Part shown: piece by piece, positions 44,824 to 61,002 of the stretch
How positions within the stretch are numbered: the first letter of the stretch is position 1
How the letters are laid out: each line of letters starts with the position of its first letter
Assembly: GCA_051294375.1 (NCBI GenBank)
Contig: CM119267.1
Span: 7,606,683 to 7,670,682, forward strand
DNA: 64,000 nt
Origin: Paraspadella gotoi
Taxonomy: Eukaryota; Animalia; Chaetognatha
Direction: 5' to 3'
Notes under the pieces: model-generated
Database searches by the model: none
Seen by the model: only the letters and a program-made list of their open reading frames with translations
Told to the model about the DNA's origin: nothing
Position numbers and translations under genes: made by a program

Positions 44824-46540
44824 TCAGTTGAAATTGAACTTAAAATGAAAACCCCCTCCGCCGAATGGATCAAAACCCTGAGAGAATGGATTCCCATGAC
44901 CTCCCCCATGCTGCTGCGCCTCGGGATCCAACGGATCTTGGCCATTGTCGTATTGGCGCCGCTTCTCTTCGTCTGTTAACACTTCCTTGGCAGCGGCAAT
45001 GTCTATAAACTTTCGTTGCGCCGTCTCCTTTTCCTTCTCGTCCTGAAACATGTCCGGGTGCCATTTTTTCGCCAGGCGCTTGTAGGCCTTGAGAATGTCC
45101 TTTTTACGGGCGTTCCGCGGAACACCGAGGATTTTGTAGTAGTCGCGCTTTTGACTTTGCTTGAGGAGCCGGTTGGCCCGTTCCAACGCTTCCTGGACGG
45201 CTTTGGAGTTTTCGTCGAGGCCCTTGGCCTGCTGAAAGTCGTTAATAGCGGTCTCGAAGTCGTCGAGGAGCAGATGAGACTCCCCGCGATCAAGGAGCGC
45301 CGCGACACTGTGGGGGTTGAGTTCGAGGACGGCGGTGCAGGCGACGAGGGCCTCCTTGGCGCGACCGTCTTTTCGGTAGCAGTGGCACAGGTGCTCCTTC
45401 GACTTAACGACGTAGCGATGCTCTCGCGGCTCGGTGCTCAAGGCCGCCTGAGCCTTGGCGACGCAGTCCGACCAGCGGGAGTCGTCGATGCTCCTCTTGA
45501 CGGCTTCGTACTGCTTGGTCAACTTCTTGACCTTAGTATAGTGAGGTTTGCACGTCTTGTCGTCGGGGTCAAGTTTGAGACACTCGCGGATCTCGGCGAG
45601 GGATTCTTCGTATTCGCCGATCCCGTAGTGGAGGAGCGAGATCTTCAGGAAGGTGGCCCGAGAGTCGGACCGGAGTTTAGTGACCGCTTTTAAATCGGAA
45701 ATGGCCTTGAAATCTTCGCCCTCCTAGAAAGAAAAAGAACAAATTAAGACCGATGATTCTAGACCAACATATATAAAATAAGAGAAGGACGAATAAGATA
45801 GATTCTCTCACATGCGCAAAAGCATCGGCTCGGAGTTCTCGCAGTTTAGGATCCCACGGCAACTTGTCGATGAGAGAAGTGAGTCTTTCAATCGCGCCAT
45901 GGAAGTCGTGATATCTCATGAGACTCTCCGCCTCATTCAGTTCTCGTTCAAGTGGCTCCACCTCAAGGAGCTTTTTCTGAGCCTCCTCGTTGCCTGGCAA
46001 AATGCGGAAATAAAATTTTAAACGACTGATAATCAAACCATAATGAAGTTAAAACCCTTTTTAGTGTCAATGCTGAAACGTATCTAACTGGGATAATGAA
46101 TACATTAATAATAATGATGGACACTTACTAGGATCAAGTCTTAACACGTTTTCATAGTCGGCGTGGGCTTCCTCGAAACTGCCTTGCTTCATGTGGATAT
46201 TTCCCCTCTGGAGTCGCGCGCTCAAAAAGTCAGGCTTCATGTTAATAACCTTGTCCAAGTCGGGTAGGGCTGCTTTGGACCTGCCCATGGCCAGAAACAC
46301 GGTGGCCCTACGAAAGTAAATCATGTAGTTGGCGGGGTCTTTGTCCACTGCGGCGTGATAGTGGGAGAGAGCGTCGGCCAACTGTCCCGCCGCCATCATC
46401 TTCTTGCCCATCTCCAGATACTTTTCCACTTCAGCGGAAGCGTCAAGAGTCGAGACCCCGTGGATAATCAGATCGAAAAGGACGAGGAGGAGGGGAAACA
46501 CGGACAACGGCGTCCAGATTAGGGCCTTTTTCAGACGCAT
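44824..46540 (-). CDS. DNAJC3: DnaJ homolog subfamily C member 3 (P58IPK): signal peptide, TPRs, J domain
   Basis: [59 protein letters not shown]...WHPD, C-terminal [10 protein letters not shown]. Confidence 0.97.
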
Positions 46541-46809
46541 CCTCTGGACTTAGTTGTTTGTAATTCGTTTATAACAAAAACCAGAAATGACGCAAGTAAA
46601 CTGGATTTTTTGTTTATTAAAAAAAAAAAAAAGAAATGACGCACGAAAACTGGCGAGAAGGTTTGGACGAGGGAAAAAAAGAAGGACAATGATAATCACA
46701 ATGATATTATGAAACCGGAAATACGGATGGATCAATGGGCAAATAGCAGATAATGACGATCAATAATCAAATGACGGACAACGTACAAGCAAATTTGAGT
46801 CGGCAACAA

Positions 46810-48546
46810 TTATTCATTTTTTTTCACTTCAGCTTTGTGTTCCTTTAAATCAGCTTCAGTGAGGTACGGTAAAGATCGCATATGAAACATGGGCACAGGC
46901 ACTCTATATTCCTCGGACGAGTTCAAATTCTGGAAAGTAAAGTGGCCGCTCATGTTGCCGTAAGACGTAGAAAAAGTCACGCAGCTGACGTAAGAATGTT
47001 CTACACCGGGTTTGAGAACGGGATATTCGCCGACGACGCCGGCGCCGTCGACGACTTCCTCGAGCCCGTCCGCGTCCGCGATGGCCCAGTGACGCGAGAT
47101 GAGCCTCGAGGCGAATGACGCCGGCGCCGCCGGGTCCATTCGTATCGTCACGCGGTAGGTGTGAAAAAAGTGGGCGGGAGAAATGGAGGACAATTCTGGA
47201 AGGAAACAAGTCTTCACGGAAACGGAGATGGCGCTGGCTGCCGGGGCGTCGGAAAGAGGCGGAGGCGGACCCGAATCTTTTTCGGTCGCCGTCTTGAAAA
47301 GAAAAATTTGTTTCATTATAACGGGAAATGAGTCGCTCTCGAGGTTGTCCGCGTATTCTGTCAACCACTGAGAGAAACTGGAGGCGGTAACGAAGTGGCC
47401 GGTCACGTGTCGAGCGTTCACTGCCGCTTCATCCAGGTCTTCGTAGGGGTTGTCGTTGGCCGGATAAAATATCTCGCCGACGCGGTGTCCGTTGGGGTCG
47501 CCGTCCTTGAGGCATAAGAACTGTCCCGTCGCTGTGTGAATGCAAAGGGTCAAGGGCAAACAGTTCCGCAAGTTGGAGTCGCGGACGGTGAGGGCGCTCG
47601 AGGCGGTTTCTAGATCGACGAGGCACTCGGATCTGTTCGAGGGAAAACCTCGAAATATTTTAACCCAACTAAAAACATTTGCTTATGGTGAGGGAAAGTT
47701 ATGGATAAAACTAAACACAGGATAAAATCATATGGGTAAAAAGTTAACCGTCTAACTCCTAAATTTCTTTTACAACACCTGTAATGAGTCGAAATGGACA
47801 TAGATCCCATGACCCCAGGCATAACGAGCCGCTGACCGTTGCAAATTCGAAAGGAGCATCGAAGGTCGAGCGGAAGTCTCAAGCCCATTCCAGACTCTGC
47901 ATCGTCAAGAAGAGAGTCGGGAACGCCCTCTTGCAACGATTCGTAGATTTGGGGACAACGGTAGATAAGGAATTCTGCAAATGGAAGAAAAAAAGAGGAA
48001 TCTTCAATAATTTTCGGGGGGGGGGGAACGGCACAAAGAAAATTTACTTTGGATTCGGTTCCAGGCATTTCGAACGACGGAGTAACAATCGACGTACTTG
48101 GCCCAGTGTCGGTAGTAAGAGGCAAAGGCTTGCTTCCAGGTCTGGTCATCTCGTTTTTCTTTAAGTAGCCAAAGACGACGACAGTGTCGTCCCCACAATG
48201 AGTCGTCGTTGGCGAGGTTGGTGAATCGCCGGCAGCAATGTTGAAGGCTCAGCAGGTCTCGCCAGTTCACGTACTTTGCATAAAGACAAAAAACGTGAAA
48301 GGCAAAAAACAAAACAAAAAAACAAAAAACCCCCCCAAAAAAAAAAAAAAAATAGCTGACTTGCAATATTTTGAGTAAAGGTTCTTCGGGCAATGCCGAC
48401 AGCTTCGGCTCCGGAAGCACCATCAGGCGGCCCTCCACGTCCGGCGCTGCGATGGCCTGGGATTTTACGCCGAAGTCAATGACGTGGTCAACTTCGGCGC
48501 CGGGGGTATTCTCCGAAGATGAAGCCATACCCAAGTTCCTCTTCAT
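46810..48546 (-). CDS. FBXO3: F-box only protein 3 (F-box, SMI1/KNR4-like, ApaG domain)
   Basis: F-box LSALPEEPLLKILQYVNWRDLL, RLPLDLRCSFRICNGQRLVMPGVMGSM, ApaG-like FFHTYRVTI...RLISRHWAI...VDGAGVVGEYPVL. Confidence 0.93.
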
Positions 48547-48972
48547 CGATTCATCAAGGCTTTAAAGGCTGAAAATCCATCTTTGCGCCCTTCCGCTTTG
48601 CGAAATTCTTTCATGAAAAACCTAGAAAAACTATCTTTTTTAATTGAATTTTGTAAATTTCAATTATACTATTCCGAGACGAGTGAACGAATAGCAATAC
48701 TAGTAAAGAGTAGCATCAATAACACAATTTTAAAAACGAAAACCAATCAATTTCATTTCACTGGTCATTAAACGGTAGGTCGTCCACGCGGATATTAGAT
48801 GAATGGGTAACTCCTCTTCCAAGTCATGAGTGAAAAATGTGTCCTATATCGTCCACATTTCTTGGAATGAACAACATTAACGGCCTCTCCACAACAGGAT
48901 TCATCAAGTCCTAACGCATTACGAATTTACTCGAGAAAACCTTTAGGAAAAGACTCCGTTCCGAATTGCTCG

Positions 48973-50439
48973 TCAATCCACATGCGCGACTTTGCCTTGA
49001 AGAGGATTCGGTGACACGTTGAAGATTCTTCGCCGCTCGGAAAACGGGGGCGAGGATGAGGCGCCCGAAGAAGCGGCCCGCGAGTTGCGGGAGTAAAAAT
49101 GCGATTCTGAGTAGACGGGCGGAAAGGAGGCGCCGTCCATCCGTAGACGGCGTTCTACGGCGCGGTCGAAAAATCTTTAAGGAAATAAAACAAAGTGTGA
49201 TCGCGAAAATAGCCGGCCAATTCAATCGTTGTTTATAAACCTTGATATCTTGACGGCGTTTCCAGACCCTGGAGAGAAGGCGGAAAGGCTGGTCGTGTCG
49301 ACGAAGATTTCCTCAGCCTGGAGTTCTTCCTGAAGAGAGTCGCAGCCTCGAACACGGCGACGAGGAAGGGCTGAGTCTTCCGACTTAAATGTAACGAAGG
49401 GAAAAGTTCGAGTTAATGTCCAATTCTAAATTACACGTCAGTGCTAAAGTCGATCGTGCTTTCCGTAACACACGTCACGTTAAGAGGAATCTTGAATCAT
49501 TTACCGACGTCTTTTGTTCGACAATTAAAACTAAGGACCAGCCAGTCCCCAAAGACCCCCCCCTTCTTATATCTACATATTCACAAAAACTACAAAAAAA
49601 TACAGTTATTTATATAATGTCATTATCTTAATTTATTAAGAATATATGTAAAACATTGAAGTACAATTATAAAAAGCTGCCCTCTATTGTTAAAAATTCT
49701 ATTCACGATCATTTGTTTCAAATTTTTCTTGAAATGGGCCCGCTATTTTTGGAGGATGTAAAACTAAAAGATATGAAAGTTATTTTACGGTTTACTCTTT
49801 TGCTTAGTTAGAAATAGTCATAGAACTTCATATTTATAAATGTAAACGAATGTTGCCAATTGCAAAAGCAAGCATCTCACCTTGGCCATAAAGAGATCAA
49901 CTTTAGTTCCGACTATGATGAATGGTAATTGAACCGCAGTTTTCGCTGTAGAATAAAGCGTGCTCCTATGCTGCTGCTCTTCCGCTACCGCAAGCTCCTC
50001 CACCCACTTGCTCAAGTTTTGGGCAGATTTTTTATTGGATAAATCGTGACAGAGAATCGCGCCGTGGATCCCGGCGTTGTAAAACACGCTTCTGCGCAAG
50101 AATTTTATCTTTTTTTACTGACATTTTTGATCAAACCAAGTTTTTATGATAAAACGACTAACAAATTACGTTATGTGGCTTATCAATTTAAGTCTTAACC
50201 TAAAAAAAAAAAAATCACCTCGTATTGGCGTGTGACTTATTCCCCCCTACGTCCCAGAGTTCCACGTAAAAGGTCCGTTCGGCCGGCGTTCCCTGTTTGA
50301 ACTCGTGGATCTTGACGTCGACGGCGGCGCCGATCGTCCATGCGGCGTTGACGAGCGGCGTCTCGTGGACGAGAAGGTGGACCAACGATGACTTACCGAC
50401 GCCGCTGTCGCCAACGACGACGACTCGAACTCTGTCCAT
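48973..50439 (-). CDS. RABL3: Rab-like protein 3
   Basis: [80 protein letters not shown], ends KVAHVD*. Confidence 0.93.
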
Positions 50440-50642
50440 CGCCGACGATATCACTTTACTTTGAAGACTTGTTTCTACACTTTGGACCGTTTCTTCCAGG
50501 CTTCTTTTTCATATTAAGTTTATTTTCTCATAACAGCTTGGTAATTCAATTATCATTACTGATGATGGTTTACGTGGGACATGGGAAATACGTGTATTAT
50601 GAATTCAATGTATCTACCTTAAAATAAAAATATTTAAACATG

Positions 50643-51596
50643 TCATTTGGGAAAGAACGGCGCATGACCCAAAGACTTGGGATCAAATTTTGAGAAATCG
50701 TAAAAACCAAGACAGTCGTAGTTTTTGTCGAAGACGAGCTCGAAGGAACCGCCATTGGAAGAGGATGCGGAAACATCCGCCTTGACAAAAGAGAGGACTT
50801 CGTCGTCATCCGTGAGGACGTGGCAAATGTCGTTGTTGAGTCCATCGGACGCCGAGCGAGAGAATGCGGGAAGCGTCGAATTATATTCTTTGGCTTCCTG
50901 TTCGGTGACGAGACGTTCCGCGCGGTCACTTATAATCAGAGCCCACTGCATATAGGCAGTCGTCAGGACATCCCCGAGAGTACTCCAAACCAATTTGCAT
51001 CGCGGAATATTCAGCTTGATCAATTGGAACAGTTTGTATCCAGACATCCTTCGAAGTTCGGCAACCTGCATTACTTGAAACATCTCCTCCACCAACCTGC
51101 TCATCAACGTATCGTTGAGTTCAGTCGGTGAAATTTTAGCCGCCGTCTCCAAATTTTGGAGCCGGGCTGTTTCGCCGATGGACTGGCCCACCGGTTGCGA
51201 GGATTCCGCCCGAACTGTCGCCTCCCGCTCCCGCGACTTAGCCGTCCACTCATCTTTTAGCCAACGGGGTAATTGACGCCAGGCTCGGCTGAGGGTCGCA
51301 AAGTCCGTTGGGAAGGAAGGGTGCAGAATCTTGAGGCAACTGACCCAGAGATCGTAGGAAGTAACGGGGCCTTTGGTCATTAAAAGTTTAGGGTCGACGG
51401 TCGAGGGAGACATATCGACTCTGATCCGCTTCCCCGCGGGTTCGTCGACGGAAACTTCCACTTTCAGTGGACGTTTGGTAGCGGAAGAAGTCGTCGGGAC
51501 TTCAGTAGACTTGCTAGAGCCCGATTGGTCCACATCGTCCGACGCGTCAGCGTCTATCTTCACCGATGCCAAGGCGATAATATCAGAGTTGCTCAT
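50643..51596 (-). CDS. Uncharacterised single-exon protein with divergent HMG-box-like segment(s)
   Basis: About 317-aa ORF with exon-like composition. KGPVTSYDLWV...LSRAWRQLPRWLKDEWTAKS and RRMSGYKLF...VWSTLGDVLTTAY resemble the HMG helix 1/helix 3 patterns. Confidence 0.65.
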   Translation of the reverse strand: MSNSDIIALASVKIDADASDDVDQSGSSKSTEVPTTSSATKRPLKVEVSVDEPAGKRIRVDMSPSTVDPKLLMTKGPVTSYDLWVSCLKILHPSFPTDFATLSRAWRQLPRWLKDEWTAKSREREATVRAESSQPVGQSIGETARLQNLETAAKISPTELNDTLMSRLVEEMFQVMQVAELRRMSGYKLFQLIKLNIPRCKLVWSTLGDVLTTAYMQWALIISDRAERLVTEQEAKEYNSTLPAFSRSASDGLNNDICHVLTDDDEVLSFVKADVSASSSNGGSFELVFDKNYDCLGFYDFSKFDPKSLGHAPFFPK

Positions 51597-51770
51597 CTTT
51601 CGTTTTCGCAAATTTGATCAACTGTATATTTTAAAAAAATTAAAAAAATATAAAATACATGGAGGGGGGGGACTAGAACAGTGTTTTTCAGATCTTTGTT
51701 TACCATAACAAAGTCAAGACTTAACAAGCGGATGGATGAGAACTCGGTTGAAAAATAAAAGAAGAAAGTT

Positions 51771-52181
51771 TCACAACCATTGAGAAAACGCGTAGACCAG
51801 GAAAAATACGAAAACGCCGAAGCCGACGACGTAACACATTAGGTTTTTGTGTCCTCGTTGAGTCATGCTCGTTAGTCTGGACACGGTGGACTGCAAGAGG
51901 CCTCCGGAAGAATCGAAATCGTCGTCGACGTTGCCGAGCAAGAGATTCTGCGAGTCCGTCTCGCGACCAATGTCGAGGGACAGGGATTTCAGCATGCGAA
52001 CCTAACAACGAGACGAAGAACAAGAATTAACCTTCGCGCATCGAAAGGAAAGGAAGAAAGTGATTACTTTGGAGGTGAGTCCCTCGGCCAACTTGTCGTT
52101 CTCTTGTTCCATCATCTGGTGCATGGCGTGACTGGCGTGTCCTTCGTTATTCAGGTGACGGTACGAATAAGGGCTCGACAT
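51771..52181 (-). CDS. BET1: BET1 Qc-SNARE
   Basis: MMEQENDKLAEGLTSKV|RMLKSLSLDIGRET...LLQSTVSRL followed by a C-terminal TM. Confidence 0.9.
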
Positions 52182-52505
52182 TCTGTTTACAAAGTTTTTT
52201 TCTGTCATTAAATCTGACAAAGTCACGTAATTAAAAACCGTGATTTTTTTTTTACTTTTTCTTAAAATTGTACATAGACAGAAGACACCATAAACCGAAA
52301 AAAACTTTTTTGGCTACTTAAGAAAATTTCTCAAATCATACGTATATAAAAAAGTTCCTGTGGGGCAGAGGGAACGTCATCCAGACAATAAACCATCAGC
52401 CAGAAAAAAAATTTAAGCATGAAAAAAGTCACCCAAAAGTATGATAAATAAAAAAAACGAACAAACTATGGCGAGCCAAAAAACTCAATGATTTAAAATA
52501 AAATA

Positions 52506-52706
52506 CCAAGTGATCCGCGGGAACTAATACGAATAAAATTTCAATAATTATTAAAATATTTAAAAATTTAAAAATAATATAATTAAATAATCTTTAAATT
52601 TTTCAAATATATTTATTTATATAATATACATTTATATAAAAGAATATAAAATTAAAAATATTTTTAAATAATTTTTTAAAGTTTTAGTACCAATGGATCA
52701 CCATGT
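52506..52706. mobile_element. Decayed Tc1/mariner-type MITE
   Basis: Left tac-caagtgatccgcgggaactaatac and right gttttagtaccaatggatcaccatg-ta form an imperfect TIR around an AT-rich core, with TA flanks. Confidence 0.45.
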
Positions 52707-53196
52707 AGGTTTAATAAGTTACAGCGATGATTATTTTGAATAAGAAACGGCAATATGGCGCCAAATTTGGTCTAGATGTACGAAAAAATTGTCGCTGGAA
52801 CACGTTATCAAGTAGGTTCCAAAAATAAGAAGATAGCGACAAGAGTTTTATAATTTTCAGTATGATACATACAAATGTATTTATTTAAACCAATATATTC
52901 TCCACTGGAAAAAGATCTTCAGGGGTAAAAAGCCGTCAATGCAAAACTGTGAAAAAAGCAGTGTATTTACTGATTCACTTTACAAAATATCGAAACAGCA
53001 CATTGTTGAAATCAAACACAAAAGCATTTTAGGTGTGATCGCCACAACATTTTATGCTATAGCATCTCGAGCCTAAACCCTCTGGGTGCCCAGCTGTAAA
53101 CCGGTTTAAAATTGTTCTACGTTGTTTAAATATCGCGGAGAGTGTTAGTCTCAGACTTGGTTTTTTAATCGCGTCGAATTTCATGAAGACGACGCC

Positions 53197-56364
<3,168 letters not shown>

Positions 56365-56472
56365 TTTCTTTTAATATCTGGTCTATTGTATTAGATTGAA
56401 TTTAACAATGGAATCTGTTCAAATGAAAAGGCAATGAGCGGACAAGAATGCGATTCAACAAAAAAAACTGCT

Positions 56473-57794
56473 TTAGAATATTGTTCCACGAGTGATTAGA
56501 GTCTTCTTGCACAGATACAGTTCATCAATCTCTTTTATAGTCTCATTAATCAATTTCTCGACTGAGGGGATTGCGTTGCAGACACCCTTCCGAACGCAGA
56601 CGCAACCTACTTCATCATTATACAACACACTCTTGGTCGGAGAGAAAGTTTCGTTCGGTCCCAAAACTACTACGACGACGACATAGCGGCGAGGTAACCG
56701 TCCGCGCCCAATGTTTTTGAGACATTCAGTGTCGCACCAGCACAACTGCGACGAGCGAAACAAGTGTGGTCGAGTAAAATCAACAATGCAATCATCATAC
56801 TCGACATCGTCTTCATCGCGAACGCGCAAAAACTCGATCCGATAACGATGACGCGGCACCGACGGACGATATCGATTAGTCAACAGATCGTCCAGATTCT
56901 TTGCAACGTGCTCCTTTTGGTCGGCAGTAAGAAATAGGCCCTTAATTTCTCGATTTTCCGCAACACCCATGTAGACTTTTCCACAACCTTTAAAAAGAAT
57001 CTTAAACTAAAAACGAACGGCAAAATAGACGCGCCACGAATCGATAAACCGGGCAAACCTTGTTTTGAATTCAAAAACGCGTTGATGTCCATTGAGACGG
57101 GAAAACGGAGTTTGGGCGCGAAAATCATGGAATCTTCTCGGTCAATTTCTGACATCGGCAGAGTCGGGTATTCGTCATAAGCCAAAGTCCGATGCGACTT
57201 GATCGCCACAAACTGACCCTCGCTCCACGGGCAAGGCGTGTCTTTCAAAAGACCATTCGATTCCTTTGAGAGCTCAAGGCTCGATGCATCGGGGAAATCG
57301 TTGACGGCCGAATCGAGTGCCAGTGCTGCCTCACTTTTAGGCGACTTGAAGACGTGAACAGGATCCTGCGCGTCGCGAATATCTTTAGGAAGAATGTATT
57401 CTGGAGAACTCTGAGATGGAAAAGGAAACGGTGAGAGCTGTTCCAGAACAGATTCTAAGCGTCCGGCCCTCAACGAATATTTGGGTCTTTCTTCGATATG
57501 ACGTCTCGAACTCTTCCTTCTTTGCCCACGACAATATTCATTCCTCACATATTTTTTATCAGATGGTTTGCTAAGGTTTTTTCCCCTGGGCAAGTCTAAA
57601 ACAGTCGGAGTTCCCGATTTAGCCGCTTGTCGAGCTACACAGCGCGGTAGAAAAGTTAATACTGGTTTCTTTCTCGGGAAAAGATAGTGTTGTGGTACGG
57701 TATCAGTCTTTTCGTAAATGCCCCCAGGACAATACCGAGCGTCAATGCTGGCAAAATGGGCCCCGTCCGCGAAAGAGCGGGGCATCACGTCCAT
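56473..57794 (-). CDS. Schlafen AlbA_2-domain protein (SLFNL1-like), 2 exons
   Basis: EGQFVAIKS...DINAFLNSKQG|GKVYMGVAENREIKGL...YRIEFLRV...RYVVVVVV...LYNDEVGCVCVRKG matches the AlbA_2 pattern (AFLN-x-x-GG-x-hhhGV-x-D/E). Confidence 0.75.
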
Positions 57795-58153
57795 AGAGTG
57801 ACAACTCTGAGGTAAATTCTTATATGTTAACTGGACATTTCAAAACAAAACAAAACTTTCGATAAAAACTAGAAAAAAATGTTCACTCAAAATTTTAATG
57901 AGAATTCGTAAAATTTGTAAAACAATTTGTAAACGCCATGATTTGTAACCTCTTTAAGCAACAGAAACAGAACTTCTAATCGAAAAGTTTATTTCGACCA
58001 CTGCTTCAGGAATGGACATGAATTTTATTTGGCACGGGCGACTTAAAAAAAAAAGGATAAAGTTAGTAAAAAAATAGTGTTTCTCGACCCCCTCTAATTC
58101 CGCCATGTCTCCGATTAACATTCCTGGCCTCCTAAAACATTCGAAAAATTCCT

Positions 58154-59890
58154 TTAACAGGGATTCGCTGGAAGCAGCTTGCCGACGCAAGTGCCGAACC
58201 CGACGCGGTAGCCGTCTCCCTCGCAAAAACCAGATAAGACCACCTCGTCGCCGTCGACCAGAAATTTGCGTTTGACGTCGTCCGCCAACGCGACTTCCCG
58301 ACTCCCCTTCCAGGATAGCTCCAGCATGGATCCGAGGGAATCGGCCGTCGGACCGGAGATGGTTCCAGAGCCCATGAGGTCGCCGGGTTTTATATTACAA
58401 CCAGTAGCGGTGTGGTGAACGAGTTGTTGTTTCATCGTCCAGTACATGTACTTGAAGTTGGAGCGGCAAACTGCGATTTGGCAACAAGAAGAACATTTCA
58501 ATATTTAATAGTATTTCTGATCTATTATCCTTTCATTAAAGATTGTTTAAAAGGGATCACTGACCCGTGGCGGCCTCTTTCTTGCCATCAGGCTTGATGG
58601 CAACCTCGAGATTGATATCGAAGTTGTAGTCGTCTTCGTGCTTCAGGTACGGCAACAGTTCTACGTCCTGGAGCATGTTCGACGTTATGAATGGCGCCAG
58701 CGCCTCCATAGTGACCACCCAAGGGGATATAGTGGTTCCGAGGTTCTTGCCGCAGAAGGGACCCAACGGTACGTATTCCCACTTTTGAATATCGCGCGCG
58801 CTCCAGTCGTTCATCAGCACCATGCCGAAGATGTGATCGGCGGCCTTTTTCATTGAAATAGGCTCGCCCAAATTGGTGCCTGGTCCAGTAAAAAACGCCA
58901 TTTCTAGTTCAAAGTCCATGAGTCTGGGAGAAACAAGAAAACGATTAAATTTAAACCCTGAAGCCGGAAAACAATTTCATACATGACTAATAGGAATAAA
59001 ATAAGGAACAATACAAGTTTTATGAAATTTAAACATAAGATGTTACGGTTGTACCAGTGTACCAATGTACCTGCAGGGTCCAAATTTAGGCGGGACGTCG
59101 TCCGAAGGCCTGGTCTGTCCGTTTGGTCGCCTGATAGGCGTTCCACTAACGACGACTGAAGAGGACCGTCCGTGGTATCCGACGGGAAGGTGCTTCCAGT
59201 TTGGCATCAATGCATTGTCCTTGCCTCGAAACATGATGCCGACGTTTGTGGCGTGGTGGATAGAAGAGTAAAAATCAGTGTAATCGCCTGAAAAATTTCA
59301 GAAATCGTTTTTTTTTCAAATATCAAACTGTTATTTCGAAATGGATAATTTATATATTGGTTGTACCAATTTCATATATATAATATATAATATTAAATAC
59401 GTAAAGAGGAAAGACGAGAATAAGATGAAAACGGAAAAAAATATAACCTATAGTGGCCGGAAGATGCATGGTACACGTAAGCCGAGGCACGACTGCCTTT
59501 GATTTAAGATCCCCGTTGTCACGAAGGGTCGGCGTGTCAGCGGCCAAAAGTAGCTGCAACGTCTCCCGAGCTTCGCGCCAAGCGTCTTTGCCCAGACCCA
59601 TGAACTCGTTGAGAGTTTCTCTCTCAAAAACGTGGCGCTTATTCGAAAGAATCGGACCTGAATAAAAATAAAAGTAACAAAAAATATTAAAAGTTCAATT
59701 TCACAATTTTAGACACCGAAATAAATCTTGACCTACCTTGAAAAAGGTGAGAGATCTTCGAAAGATCCAGTACAGAGTCACCGATGGCGACACCGATTCG
59801 ACGGCGAGGTTCATCAGGAGTCGAAAAAACTCCGTACGGCAAATTCTGGACGGGAAAGTCCGAATCAGGCGCCACGGGAACCCAAGACAT
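58154..59890 (-). CDS. FAH: Fumarylacetoacetase
   Basis: [80 protein letters not shown]. Confidence 0.98.
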
Positions 59891-60128
59891 TTCGACGTAA
59901 TAAGAGGAAACGACTATAAAAAAAGGTGAATAGTGTAACAAAAAGTTTTAAAATGTTTGTTTACCCAACAAATATAATAAAAGTCTATGAAATAATTACA
60001 AAAATACAGTATATGACCCAGCAACAAGTAACGGATTTTAATTCATCGGAATATAACTAAAAATTGCAATCACCTTAAATCACACAAATTTTGACTAGAC
60101 AATAGAGTACTGATGTGTCTACTGTCTA

Positions 60129-61002
60129 CAGTGCGGCGCAAAAAAAAAGTAGCCACTTCTATCACAGCGAAAAAACTATATTGAATGGATAAATTTTACA
60201 AATATATAAAAATATAAAACAAAGCTTATTGAAAGATAAAGTGATTGGTCCAACTCCAAGTCCCATTAAAATCGATCAAAGCGTCCGAAAGTCAAAAACG
60301 ATTAGTACAAAACATCTGACGAGAATAAATTTATTTTAATAAAAAAAAATATATAACTTTTTATCTTAATATATTTATAATATAAAATTAACTGAGCAAA
60401 TTCAACATCAAATATCTGTAAAGATAAGTATCAACCATTTTTAACCTAAATCAAATTAAAATAAATAAGAAAATTTTATAGAAAAACGATCTTTAAAAAA
60501 AAAACAAAAAAAAAAAAACAAGTTGAGTAATAAATTACCCTAAGTTACTTTTAAAACTTTTTCATATCTAAGTTTTTTCCTTATGGCATCTTTTGTTAAA
60601 ACAAACTAATATAAACTCACAATTATATTAAAAATATTTTTTTTATTTTTATCATAAATTACTTTTTGATTTTAAAATAATTTTTTAAAAATTAATTATT
60701 TTCAATATTTATTATTAAAATGCTAAAACTATTTTTATAGAAAAGTAATACAAATTTATTACCAACCCTTTTATATGCTTAATTCTATTATGATTTTATT
60801 AATTTTATATTATAAATCAGTCAGAAAAAAAAGCGTCATCAATAATAACTTTTAGAAGTCTTGCTATATTCTTTTGCCTGAACATTCAAATTTTGTTTAC
60901 ACCAATCGAAAAGAGCTATACTTTTTATATATTTTCTTAAAATTAAAAAATAAATAATGATGTATTTAAAGCTACCTAGTGACTACTTTTTGCGCCGCAG
61001 TG
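60129..61002. mobile_element. Tc1/mariner-type non-autonomous element (MITE), about 874 bp
   Basis: TA|CAGTGCGGCGCAAAAAAAAAGTAGCCACT ... AGTGACTACTTTTTGCGCCGCAGTG|TA: terminal inverted repeats with TA target duplication and an AT-rich non-coding interior. Confidence 0.85.

Noticed and set aside
45016-45693. Long plus-strand ORFs (also 34964-35795, 32545-33088, 62689-63147, 3715-4059)
   Set aside because: They are antisense shadows of GC-rich minus-strand exons and show no recognisable motifs.
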